From Pseudomonadota bacterium (GTDB lineage: Bacteria > Pseudomonadota > Gammaproteobacteria > Steroidobacterales > Woeseiaceae), in contig JBCCZN010000001.1 in NCBI GenBank assembly GCA_039187375.1, positions 1-43,829 of the forward strand: a DNA stretch of 43,829 nt. The letters run 5' to 3'. Every line of letters starts with the position of its first letter. Within the stretch, counting starts at the first letter, position 1. A program made the position numbers and the translations under genes. Under the pieces are notes generated by a model. It made no database searches. It saw only the letters and a list, made by a program, of their open reading frames with translations, and had not been told where the DNA came from. Shown in pieces: positions 26,563 to 35,978 of this stretch.

Positions 26563-28149
26563 ATGACCGTTAGCACAGCGATCCACGACACAATTGTTAT
26601 CGGCGGCGGTCACAACGGCTTGACTACAGCCGCCTATCTGGCGCGCGCGGGACGTCGCGTACGGGTGCTGGAAGCTCGGTCTGTCGTCGGTGGCGCTGCC
26701 GTCACTGAGGAATTTATCCCAGGATTTCGCAATTCGACGGCGAGCTACACCGTGAGTCTGCTGCATCCCAAAGTCATCGCTGATCTGCAGCTACACCAGC
26801 ACGGGCTGCAAATTGTGCATCGACCGTTACCCAATTTTATGCCACTGCCTGACGGTCGGGCGCTATTGAACGGCAACTCCTTACAACAGACGCAGGCCGA
26901 ATTCGCAAAGTTCTCAGCCGCGGATGCCGATCGACTGCCCGCCTATTACGACTGGCTGGAGGGTGCGGCCAACGTGCTGCGCAGCCAGCTGTTGCATACG
27001 CCACCGAATCTGGGTGGCGGCTGGCGCGACTGGTGGCGCAGCGGTCGCCTAGCTCTGGCGATACGATCCCAATCCGCCGCGTCAAGACAGGCTATTTTCG
27101 AGTTATTTACCCGCAGTGCCGCGGAGCTGCTGGAACAGTGGTTTGAAAATCCCCATATTCAAGCGCTTTTCGGCTTTGATGCCATCGTTGGTCATTTTGC
27201 CTCACCCTATGAGGCGGGCAGCGGCTATGTGTTATTGCACCATGTGTTTGGTGAGGTCAATGGACGCAGTGGCGCCTGGGGGCATGCTATAGGCGGAATG
27301 GGCGCGATCAGCAATGCAATTGCTGCAAGTGCCACAAAAGCTGGCGCGATAATCGAGTGCGACAAGCCGGTGATTCACATCAAACGCGTCGACGCCACTG
27401 TGTTGGAGGTTGAAACCGAGGATGGCCATCAATATCGCAGCAAATCCGTCGCCGCCAATTGCACGCCCAAGCGGCTGATGGCGTTGTGCCAAGATGATGT
27501 TGTCACCGACGAAACACGCGCGAGCATCAATCGCACTCGCTATGGCTCTGGCACGTTCCGAATGAACGTAGCGCTGTCCGCATTGCCATCATTTACTGCT
27601 CAACCGCACGCAGGCGCACATCTTTCGGCCGGTATCATCATCGGACCGACACTCGATTACATGGCGCGTGCGTTTGAGGATGCACGTCGAGAGGGCTGGT
27701 CAGCCGAACCTGTGATCGAAATGCTCATTCCCAGTACGCTGGACGATACGCTCGCACCATCTGGCCAACACGTAGCCAGTCTGTTTTGTCAGCATGTCCA
27801 GCCGCAGATGTCCGATGGTCGCCAATGGCCAGATCTACGCGACGAAGTGGCACGCCATATGTTGTCCACGGTTGAACGCTATGCACCGGGCTTCGTCGAT
27901 TCCGTCATTGGCTACGAGGCGCTCTCGCCTTATGACCTGGAAACAAGACTGGGGCTGACCAACGGCGATATTTTCCATGGCGCATTGACGCCCGCACAGC
28001 TATTCAGTGCCCGCCCTGCACCGACGCTTGCCGATTATCGTATTGCCATACCTGGTATATATCTGTGTGGCTCCGGTGCACACCCCGGTGGTGGTGTCAG
28101 CGGCCTGCCAGGACATAACGCAGCGCGCGAAATCCTTCGAGACCTGTAG
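26563..28149 (+). CDS. FAD-dependent oxidoreductase, phytoene-desaturase (CrtI-like) family
   Basis: 'DTIVIGGGHNGLTTAAYLARAGRRVRVLEARSVVGGAA' dinucleotide-binding fold and C-terminal 'GIYLCGSGAHPGGGV'. Confidence 0.85.
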   Translation: MTVSTAIHDTIVIGGGHNGLTTAAYLARAGRRVRVLEARSVVGGAAVTEEFIPGFRNSTASYTVSLLHPKVIADLQLHQHGLQIVHRPLPNFMPLPDGRALLNGNSLQQTQAEFAKFSAADADRLPAYYDWLEGAANVLRSQLLHTPPNLGGGWRDWWRSGRLALAIRSQSAASRQAIFELFTRSAAELLEQWFENPHIQALFGFDAIVGHFASPYEAGSGYVLLHHVFGEVNGRSGAWGHAIGGMGAISNAIAASATKAGAIIECDKPVIHIKRVDATVLEVETEDGHQYRSKSVAANCTPKRLMALCQDDVVTDETRASINRTRYGSGTFRMNVALSALPSFTAQPHAGAHLSAGIIIGPTLDYMARAFEDARREGWSAEPVIEMLIPSTLDDTLAPSGQHVASLFCQHVQPQMSDGRQWPDLRDEVARHMLSTVERYAPGFVDSVIGYEALSPYDLETRLGLTNGDIFHGALTPAQLFSARPAPTLADYRIAIPGIYLCGSGAHPGGGVSGLPGHNAAREILRDL

Positions 28150-28189
28150 TCGGGGCAATCCGCGCGTTACACTCGGCGCGGTCAGGATA

Positions 28190-29677
28190 ATGCCGATAAC
28201 CTCAACGAGGTCTAACCACGTGAGCAGCCAACCACAAAACGCCGCGGCGATTCAGCGATTGTTACAGCAAGCCGCCGCTCTGCAACAGCAGCAGCGCCCA
28301 ATGGACGCCGCCTACACGCTGGAGCAAGTGCTATCGATTGACCCAGCCCACTACGTGGCATTGACGACACTGGCACAGATCGCACTGGCCGCCGGTCGCA
28401 TCGATATCTGCGCCAACTATGCGCAGCGAGCCCACCAGAGCAATGCCAACGGCTATGAAGCGCTGGCGGTTCTGGCTGAATGCCATCAACGCAACGGCGA
28501 TACAGCCGGGGCACTGGACTGCATGCGACGCATTCGGTCGCTACGACCCGATGATGCGCGCGTGAATTACAACATCGCCATTCTCGAAGAACGTCAGGAC
28601 AACAGCAATGCGGCGGCTGATGCCTATGAACGGGCGCTTGCATTGGATCCAGATCATCACGATGCGCGCGCAAATCTTGCGATGCTAAGACTGGCCCAGG
28701 GTGACGACGCCACTGCGCTGGCGCATTGTGCTGAACGACTGCAGCGCTTGCGCGGGTCGGATAGCGACGTGGTGAAACAGGAGCCTGCATCGAAATTCAA
28801 GCTACAGATGGATCTCGAGCAACTGAACTATCTTCGCGAACACGACCGCCTGCCAGACGCCGCGCGCGAACTGCCCGAAGCGTTGGCAGCGGTGGTCGCT
28901 GACCTCGACGAAGCCGGCGATGATGAAGTCTTTGCGTTACCACACCCGAAGTACCACTGGAAGTCACACTGGGCGATCGCCGCCAAGCATCACAATCGGC
29001 CGCTGCATGTTCCTGACGTGACCCTACCAGACGGTCCGCTCATCAACCCGGATCTGGACATTGATGGTTTGACAACGACCTATCATGAGAGTGAACCGAA
29101 CGTTGTTGTCGTCGATAATTTGCTGACACCGGCTGCTCTCGACGCGGTCCTGAGGTTTTGCCGCGAAGCAACCATCTGGTTCGATCTACGCCAGAATTAT
29201 GTCGGCGCTTATTTCGTGGATGGTTTTGCCAATGCACTCACATTGGGCATTGCGCGCGAACTCGAGCAGGCATTGCCTGGCATTTTCGCCGGTCACTCCC
29301 TCACACAGGCCTGGGGGTACAAGTACGGTGCAGCGCTGAGCGGTATCGGCATGCACGCCGACGCCGCCGCGGTGAACTCCAATTTCTGGATTGCACCGGA
29401 TGCGGCCAACCGTGACCCGGAACGTGGTGGTTTGCTGATTTATCGCAAGGCAGCACCGATGGCCTGGTCATTCGAGCAATTCAACAACGACGAGGTTGCA
29501 ATGCGCGACTTTCTGGGTGACGCACTGAATGACCCCATCCGTATCCCCCACAAGCAAAACCGTATTGTGATTTTCAATTCCAATCTATTTCATCGCACCG
29601 ATGACATTCAATTTGGAAACAGCTTTCTTGAACGTCGCTACAACATGACGTTGCTGTTTGGCCGTCGCGGCCGTTAA
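28190..29677 (+). CDS. TPR-repeat protein with a C-terminal 2OG-Fe(II)-oxygenase-like domain
   Basis: The N-terminal half has several TPR-like A/L/Y-rich repeats, including 'AYERALALDPDHHDARANLA'. The C-terminal half has a candidate facial triad, 'GMHADA' ... 'NLFHRTD', plus 'RRYNMTLLF'. The start is at ATG 28190, and the ORF-track extension overlaps the upstream gene. Confidence 0.55.
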   Translation: MPITSTRSNHVSSQPQNAAAIQRLLQQAAALQQQQRPMDAAYTLEQVLSIDPAHYVALTTLAQIALAAGRIDICANYAQRAHQSNANGYEALAVLAECHQRNGDTAGALDCMRRIRSLRPDDARVNYNIAILEERQDNSNAAADAYERALALDPDHHDARANLAMLRLAQGDDATALAHCAERLQRLRGSDSDVVKQEPASKFKLQMDLEQLNYLREHDRLPDAARELPEALAAVVADLDEAGDDEVFALPHPKYHWKSHWAIAAKHHNRPLHVPDVTLPDGPLINPDLDIDGLTTTYHESEPNVVVVDNLLTPAALDAVLRFCREATIWFDLRQNYVGAYFVDGFANALTLGIARELEQALPGIFAGHSLTQAWGYKYGAALSGIGMHADAAAVNSNFWIAPDAANRDPERGGLLIYRKAAPMAWSFEQFNNDEVAMRDFLGDALNDPIRIPHKQNRIVIFNSNLFHRTDDIQFGNSFLERRYNMTLLFGRRGR

Positions 29678-29778
29678 CGCTACGTGCCAACCCGTGCGCA
29701 TCCCGCGACCCCGCGTACTAGACAAAGTCTGAGTTAGTATCTCAGTTGGACAAACCGTTTTTGCGAAGGAGTGCCGAC

Positions 29779-31383
29779 ATGCTCAATACAATCCGAAACA
29801 CGTGCGTGACACTATTATTGCTCGGTGCCACCAGCAGTCTTGGCGCAGCGCCCGGCATCGATGATGACATCGCAACCGATGCCCAGCGGCTAATCGATGA
29901 CGGTACTGCCGGTGCGATTGTGCTGGGCTATTTCGATGAGAACGGCGCCACGACACGCGGCTTCGGACAGGTCTCGAGCACTAACCCGCAATCACCCAAC
30001 GGCGATACGCGATTCGAAATCGGGTCTGTCTCGAAGATCATGACGGCGCAGTTGGCAGAGGTGTTATTTCGCCAAGGCAAACTCGATTGGAACTGGCCAC
30101 TCACCGATGCCTTGCCCACCTGGCAATTCGCCGATGAGCAAGTCGCGGCCATCGTACTGAGTGAGCTTGCCAAGCACACATCCGGTTTACCACGGTTGCC
30201 AGATAACCTCGGCGTCTCGGATACGATCGACCCCTATGCCGCCTACGACGCGGCTGCGCTGCAGCGCTTTCTGACGACCTTCAAACCCGATGCATTGAAA
30301 AAGCAACCTGCCTATTCAAATCTCAGCGCAGGACTGCTTGGTTTTATTGCTGGTGAGGTCGCCGGTACGACCTATCAACGCGCATTGTCGACTCACTTGC
30401 TCACCCCTTTGAATCTGGCGCAGACCTCACCGGGTCATGACAAGAAGCTCGACGTCCAACTGGCTCAAGGGATGTCCTATGGCCGGCCGGTTTCGCCCTG
30501 GCATTTTGATGCACTCGCAGGTGCGGGGGCTGTTGTCTCCACCGCAAATGACATGTTGCGCTGGTTGCAGCACACGCTCGATCCCAATGCGTTGGACGGC
30601 GCCTTGCACGATCAACTGGGTGGTGACGCGTGGCGCGGTGCGGCGTGGAACCGCCGCGACGACCTGGAGGGTGGTACGGCGTTCGCCCATGGCGGCCAGA
30701 CAGCGGGTTTTGCCACGTTGGCACTGATACAACCTGAGGCAAACCGCGGATTGGTTGTTTTGGCAACCTCAGCAGACAACAGCGCCATCGCGGGACTAGG
30801 TTTGAAATTAATCAGCGATCACGACACCGCTGAAACCACGAGCCTGGAGGGGCTGAGTGGCGCCTACCAGCTTGGCCCTGGCTTTTACGTACATATTTTC
30901 CGACATGGTGACGCGCTCTGGGCTCAGGCAACCAATCAAGGGGCGTTTGAGCTCTCGCCGGCAAGCGACGGTAGCTGGCGATTTGCACCGGCGGGCATCA
31001 GTATCACTTTCACGCTCGATGACAGTGGTACTGCAAGTGCGTTGGTGCTGGACCAATCAGGTCGGCAGACGCCGGCGAGCCGCGACCCGAATAGTGCGCT
31101 GCGCGACGTGAGTACTCTTGAGACAGAACAGCTTGAGGACTTTATTGGTCGCTACCAACTGACCGCGGACGCAGTTCTCGAAATCACGCACCAGGATAGT
31201 GGACACCTGATGGTGCAACTGACCGGGCAACCGACGTTTCCAGCGTTTGCGTTTGCTACAGATCAGTTCCTGTTAAAGGTGGTCGACGCTCAACTGGAGT
31301 TCGAGCGTGGTGAGGATGGCAACATCGTTGCGGTGACGCTGGTACAAAACGGTCGTCAGCGCGCTACCCGAATTGTCGAGTAG
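29779..31383 (+). CDS. secreted serine hydrolase, beta-lactamase/class-C PBP family, with duplicated C-terminal beta domain
   Basis: Signal peptide, 'SVSKIMTA' (SxxK), 'YSN' and 'HGGQTAG'. Two C-terminal repeats of a ~90-aa module follow ('YQLGPGFYVHIF...', 'YQLTADAVLEIT...'). The ATG sits 7 nt after AGGAG. Confidence 0.85.
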   Translation: MLNTIRNTCVTLLLLGATSSLGAAPGIDDDIATDAQRLIDDGTAGAIVLGYFDENGATTRGFGQVSSTNPQSPNGDTRFEIGSVSKIMTAQLAEVLFRQGKLDWNWPLTDALPTWQFADEQVAAIVLSELAKHTSGLPRLPDNLGVSDTIDPYAAYDAAALQRFLTTFKPDALKKQPAYSNLSAGLLGFIAGEVAGTTYQRALSTHLLTPLNLAQTSPGHDKKLDVQLAQGMSYGRPVSPWHFDALAGAGAVVSTANDMLRWLQHTLDPNALDGALHDQLGGDAWRGAAWNRRDDLEGGTAFAHGGQTAGFATLALIQPEANRGLVVLATSADNSAIAGLGLKLISDHDTAETTSLEGLSGAYQLGPGFYVHIFRHGDALWAQATNQGAFELSPASDGSWRFAPAGISITFTLDDSGTASALVLDQSGRQTPASRDPNSALRDVSTLETEQLEDFIGRYQLTADAVLEITHQDSGHLMVQLTGQPTFPAFAFATDQFLLKVVDAQLEFERGEDGNIVAVTLVQNGRQRATRIVE

Positions 31384-31404
31384 CGCGCCAATCAATAAAC
31401 CAAC

Positions 31405-33168
31405 CTAACGCAGGGTGACCTGTGTCGGTAATTCTATGCCGTTCGGTGTAATGCGAATGCCACCGGTTTCGCGTTCAATCGCGTCGGCAACCGCATCCAT
31501 GACCTTCATCATTTCACCCATGTCCATCTGGAGATCCTGATTCTCGGCATCGTCGGTTGCACTCAGCACATCATTCATTTGCTCTTCAAGCGCGCGCATC
31601 ACCTTGACGTATTCACGATAGTCCATCGACGCCGCCATTAGCATGCCATCTGAGCTGCCCGTGGCCGCCGCCAACTTACCGGCTTTCTTATCGGCACCAT
31701 CTCCGATGCTCATCGCAAGCATATCCTCGGTCATCGCCGCAAACACATCCTGACCGACTCCGGCTGTCAACTCTGGCGGCAACAACACCGGCTCGCCATC
31801 GGAGTCGATGTTCAACGCCGCCAGCATCGGCATCATCATGCTGCCGAACTCCATCGCACCCTTGACGTTTTTCATTGCCAGCACGACGCTCATGTTCAGA
31901 TCTTCAGGCATGCTACTGCCACCCTGAAAATCGAGTGCTTCCAGCGAGTCCATTTCGACGAACAAGCCCTGGAAATTATTGACTATAGGCGGCAGCGGTT
32001 GATTCAAGCTCGCCAACGCGTTCTCTGCACCCTCATTCAGGCTGGCGAGCTGTTCACATTGATACGGGTTGTCACTGATCTTACCGGCCTGTTCGGCGAT
32101 AAAATCCCGTATGCCACCGATGTTGACCGCAAAACCGAACTTTGCCCCCGCATCCGTCGGTGCGGTCATACCCGGAACGTTGCCAACAATACTCATCAAG
32201 CCTTCAGCGATGGCCGGGTTCATCTCCAAAACCGGCAATGTGTCCATTTGTTCTGTGTCCATGCGGGTAGAACCGATCACAAATCGCGGGAAGTTGGCGA
32301 CGATGCTGCCAAATTCGCTGCGACACGTGTCGTCCATCTGCATGTCTTCGTCCTGCACCATTTCAAGCAAAGCGGCGTCCAAACCGCTTGCATTGCCACT
32401 GACGGTGTCAAATACCTTACGGAAATCGATGAAGCCTGCGCCCTGTGCCATATAGTCGTATTTGTCCATCAAATCCGTCAGCACAGTGCCGGTGAGGATG
32501 CCACCGCCGTTTGGCTTAGACAGTAACTGCTCGAGCTGGTCGTCGGTGAACGCGAACGGTGCAGCCGTCAGGACGACCGCGTCATCATGTTCCCCAATAA
32601 AAATGGACATCACCTCACCAATGGATGCCTTGCGCAGCATTGCACCGGCGATCTCTACCGTCTGGATGTCCCCCAGTTCCATTTCAGCCAGCATTTCATC
32701 GAGCTCGGGTAAAAACTTCTCAGGCTCTGCCAAAGACAAACGCATCACGGGCAACAAGCCGTTGCCGTAAAACGCACCAACACCGGTTTTTTCGTCGAAC
32801 CCAAATTCGTCCAGCTTGCCGTCTGACAGGCGCGACTCCATCGCGTCCATCGCTTTCGTGAACGTCTCGGCCACCTCCGGATCCAGGTCAGTCTCAGCAT
32901 CTTCGGCCGCGCTTTCAAAACCCAGACGGAATGCCGACGCCATCATGCCAATCGCCGCTTCGTTGACCGGGCGCATTTTTTCAGTCAGTGCTTCGGGGGT
33001 CGGACGCAAAGCGGCAAAAACATACGGCGTATCGGACGGCACGTAATCCAGAATCGCTGTCGCCGCTGCCGTTGGCTCCAGCGATGTCGCTGCTGGCGGC
33101 GTCTCTTTTTTACCGCATGCAACCAGTGTAACAAGCAACGTAGAGGTCAGAATCAGGTGTTTTTTCAC
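31405..33168 (-). CDS. hypothetical Met/Asp/Glu-rich lipoprotein
   Basis: Lipobox 'LVAC|G'. 587 aa with no catalytic motif I recognise. There are repeated Met clusters ('MEFGSMMMPML', 'DLQMDMGEMMKVMD', 'DGMLMAASMD'). Confidence 0.6.
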   Translation of the reverse strand: MKKHLILTSTLLVTLVACGKKETPPAATSLEPTAAATAILDYVPSDTPYVFAALRPTPEALTEKMRPVNEAAIGMMASAFRLGFESAAEDAETDLDPEVAETFTKAMDAMESRLSDGKLDEFGFDEKTGVGAFYGNGLLPVMRLSLAEPEKFLPELDEMLAEMELGDIQTVEIAGAMLRKASIGEVMSIFIGEHDDAVVLTAAPFAFTDDQLEQLLSKPNGGGILTGTVLTDLMDKYDYMAQGAGFIDFRKVFDTVSGNASGLDAALLEMVQDEDMQMDDTCRSEFGSIVANFPRFVIGSTRMDTEQMDTLPVLEMNPAIAEGLMSIVGNVPGMTAPTDAGAKFGFAVNIGGIRDFIAEQAGKISDNPYQCEQLASLNEGAENALASLNQPLPPIVNNFQGLFVEMDSLEALDFQGGSSMPEDLNMSVVLAMKNVKGAMEFGSMMMPMLAALNIDSDGEPVLLPPELTAGVGQDVFAAMTEDMLAMSIGDGADKKAGKLAAATGSSDGMLMAASMDYREYVKVMRALEEQMNDVLSATDDAENQDLQMDMGEMMKVMDAVADAIERETGGIRITPNGIELPTQVTLR

Positions 33169-33304
33169 GAAAATAATCTCGGGTGTTTTGGATGCCGTTG
33201 AGGATGCCGGAAAATCCGGGCAATTACAGCCGATGCGTCATTTTTTCCGCAAATTGACGGTCTGAATCGTTAACGCCATCGATTTTCTTCGACAGGAACC
33301 TAAC

Positions 33305-33841
33305 ATGACACGCAGATTCATCATCCTGTTGGCACTGTGGTGCCCGATTGCCAGTGCTAACGCGACCGACTGGCCAACCGCACCGGAATTTACCCAAACT
33401 GATCCCAAGGACTGGCTGAACAGTGCGCCGTTGCGTATTCAGTCTTTGCAGGGACAGGTCGTGCTGATTGACTTCTGGGCATTCGCCTGCTGGAACTGCT
33501 ATCGCTCATTTCCGTGGCTCACGGCTATGGAGCGGAAACTGAACGATGAAGCTTTCACCGTGATCGGCGTGCACAGCCCGGAATTCGAGCGCGAAAAGGA
33601 TCGGGATGAGGTGGCGCGTCAGGCAAAAAAATTCGGCCTGACACATCCGATCATGATCGACAATGACTTCCACTATTGGCGCGCGATGAACAATCGCTAC
33701 TGGCCAACCTATTATCTGATCGATGCAAAAGGGCGGATTCGCCAACGCTACATCGGCGAAACACATGCGGGTGATGCGCAGGCGAAACGGATTGAAGCCG
33801 ACATTCGCGCGCTACTGATCGAAGCACGACAAGACAACTGA
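33305..33841 (+). CDS. periplasmic thioredoxin-fold redoxin (TlpA/DipZ C-terminal-like)
   Basis: Signal peptide, 'FWAFACWNCYRSFPW' (CxxC) and 'YWPTYYLIDAKGRIR'. Confidence 0.8.
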   Translation: MTRRFIILLALWCPIASANATDWPTAPEFTQTDPKDWLNSAPLRIQSLQGQVVLIDFWAFACWNCYRSFPWLTAMERKLNDEAFTVIGVHSPEFEREKDRDEVARQAKKFGLTHPIMIDNDFHYWRAMNNRYWPTYYLIDAKGRIRQRYIGETHAGDAQAKRIEADIRALLIEARQDN

Positions 33842-34516
33842 TCAGTCGAAAAAGCTCACATACTCGCTGAGTGACTTGCGCCGGATGGCTGGCACCTGAA
33901 CATTGTCAGCTGGGTAACCGACGACCAGCAGCAAATAAGCGCGTTCATGTTTCGGGCGCCCACAGATTTCATTCAGGAATGTCATCGGACTCGGCGTGTG
34001 GGTCAATGAAGCCAAACCGCATTGATGCAACGCAGCGATCAACATGCCGGTGGCCAGACCGACAGATTCCTGCGGGTAGTAGTGCTTGGTTTTGTCACCG
34101 GACTCATCGACAGAAAATTTCTGCATAAACACGGGTATCAGCACTGGCGCAGTTTCGAGAAACGGCTTGTTGGCATCGGTGCCGAACGGGACTAATGCCT
34201 GCAACCATTCTTCCGACGCGCGTCTCGAATAGAACTCGCGCTCCTCGGCTTCAGCCGCTTCTCGAATGCGTTTCTTCATGTCCGCATTGGTGATCACCGC
34301 GAAATGCCAAGGCTGCATATTCGCACCGCTCGGTGCGGTATTGGCTACTTTCAGACAATTCTCGATGACCTCGCGCGGCACCGGACGGGAAGAAAAGTCG
34401 CGCACAGTCCGCCTGCGATTGAGCTCTTCATACAAGTCTTTCGCCCGAGCAATCATTTCCGGTTCGTCATATTGAACATACTGCTCGAGTGCAACAAATT
34501 CAGGTGTCTTGTTCAT
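33842..34516 (-). CDS. nitroreductase-family flavoprotein (iodotyrosine-deiodinase-like subgroup)
   Basis: '[38 protein letters not shown]'. The start is at the ATG preceded by GAGGA. The stop abuts the convergent redoxin stop. Confidence 0.85.
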   Translation of the reverse strand: MNKTPEFVALEQYVQYDEPEMIARAKDLYEELNRRRTVRDFSSRPVPREVIENCLKVANTAPSGANMQPWHFAVITNADMKKRIREAAEAEEREFYSRRASEEWLQALVPFGTDANKPFLETAPVLIPVFMQKFSVDESGDKTKHYYPQESVGLATGMLIAALHQCGLASLTHTPSPMTFLNEICGRPKHERAYLLLVVGYPADNVQVPAIRRKSLSEYVSFFD

Positions 34517-34967
34517 AGTCCTCAGTGTGCCATTGGAATAGCCGTACGTCATCGACAGAGGGTGTTTCGTCCACCTGAGCCGCACGCACCTGACCTTGCA
34601 CCGAAACACCGGCTGTATGTACCGATTCCGGATCGCCACTGATTAATGGATGCCAGTGCGCCAACGGGCGCCCCTCCGCAATCCGTCTGTAGGCGCAACT
34701 GACAGGCAGCCACCGATAATCCTGCCTGGGCAGTTGCCGCACCTGCAGGCACTCAGGCACACGCTGTCGGCGCTTGTGGTAATCGGTACAGCGGCAGCGC
34801 GTGGTGTCGAACAGGCGACAGGCGATATCGCTGGCGTACAGCTCACCGGTCTCTTCATCCTCGAACGAATGCAAACAGCAGCGACCACAACCATCGCACA
34901 GCGACTCCCACTCGCCATCGCTGAGCGACTCCAGCGGTTTTTGTTCCCAGAAACGACGGTCAGTCAT
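34500..34967 (-). CDS. ycgN: YcgN-family (UPF0260) cysteine-cluster protein
   Basis: '[23 protein letters not shown]...ACRLFD..TCRCTDY' is the characteristic YcgN Cys pattern. Confidence 0.85.
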   Translation of the reverse strand: MTDRRFWEQKPLESLSDGEWESLCDGCGRCCLHSFEDEETGELYASDIACRLFDTTRCRCTDYHKRRQRVPECLQVRQLPRQDYRWLPVSCAYRRIAEGRPLAHWHPLISGDPESVHTAGVSVQGQVRAAQVDETPSVDDVRLFQWHTEDYEQDT

Positions 34968-35015
34968 CGATTTCCTGTGTGCTGTGCAAGGCTTGGCAAG
35001 GGTACACTAGCCACT

Positions 35016-35978
35016 ATGAGTTCCGCCGTTTTTCTAGATGCCGCGACCTTAGGCGACGATGTCGATTTATCTGCGCTTGCCACCCTGTGCAAGCATTTCG
35101 AATCCTATCAGGCAACGGCAGATCATGAGGTGCTGGCTCGCTGTGAACATGTCAGCGCGGTGTTTACCAACAAGGTTCGGTTTGACGCAGCAACGCTGCG
35201 CGCGTTGCCGTCATTGCGCTACATCGGATTGACCGCCACCGGTACCGATATTGTCGACCTACGTGCAGCTGCTGATGCCGGCATCGCAGTCAGCAATATC
35301 ACGGCCTATTGCACCCAATCAGTGGTACAACATGTGTTTGCCGTGCTGTTGCAATTAACGCACAGGCTGCCCGATTACATCGCCGATGTGCGTGCGGGGC
35401 GCTGGAGTGATAGCAGTGCATTTTGCTTGCTGGATCATCCCATTCGTGAGCTGGCCGGCCTGACCATGGTGATTGTCGGCTATGGCGAACTGGGACGGGC
35501 TGTTGCGCAGGTTGCCGGCGCTTTCGGCATGCGTGTGCTCATCACACGACGCAACCAAGAAGACACGCGTACGGATCGCGTCGCGCTCACCGATGCGCTG
35601 GCACAGGCCGATGTCGTGAGCCTGCATTGCCCGCTAAACGATTCCACTCGACAGATGATCAACGCGCAAACGCTGGCTTTGATGAAGTCTGACTGCGTGC
35701 TGATCAACACCGCACGGGGTGGATTGATCGATTCACACGCGTTGTTGGAGGCGCTGCAAAGCGGCGCATTGGCCGGCGCTGCGCTTGATGTGCTCGACAT
35801 CGAACCGCCGCCGGCTGAACATCCGCTGCTGACACAATCGTTGCCCAACCTCATTATCACACCGCACATTGCGTGGGCTGCCCGGGAGGCGCGCCAACGC
35901 GCTATTCAGCAAACGGCCGATCACTACGCCGCATTTCTGGCAGGACAATCAATCAATCGCGTAGAGTCAGCAATATGA
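35016..35978 (+). CDS. D-isomer-specific 2-hydroxyacid dehydrogenase (glycerate/hydroxypyruvate reductase-like)
   Basis: 'VIVGYGELGRAVA' NAD fold, 'NTARGGLID' and 'ITPHIAWA'. I used an internal ATG start within the longer ORF-track frame. Confidence 0.85.
   Translation: MSSAVFLDAATLGDDVDLSALATLCKHFESYQATADHEVLARCEHVSAVFTNKVRFDAATLRALPSLRYIGLTATGTDIVDLRAAADAGIAVSNITAYCTQSVVQHVFAVLLQLTHRLPDYIADVRAGRWSDSSAFCLLDHPIRELAGLTMVIVGYGELGRAVAQVAGAFGMRVLITRRNQEDTRTDRVALTDALAQADVVSLHCPLNDSTRQMINAQTLALMKSDCVLINTARGGLIDSHALLEALQSGALAGAALDVLDIEPPPAEHPLLTQSLPNLIITPHIAWAAREARQRAIQQTADHYAAFLAGQSINRVESAI

Noticed and set aside
28212-28790. 192-aa minus-strand ORF antisense to the TPR gene; the same applies to 24365-24871 (+), 30401-30766 (-), 39881-40585 (+) and other ORFs nested in larger genes
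   Set aside because: All of these are embedded in longer ORFs that have recognisable domains. Their compositions are Arg/Pro/His-rich, consistent with spurious frames.
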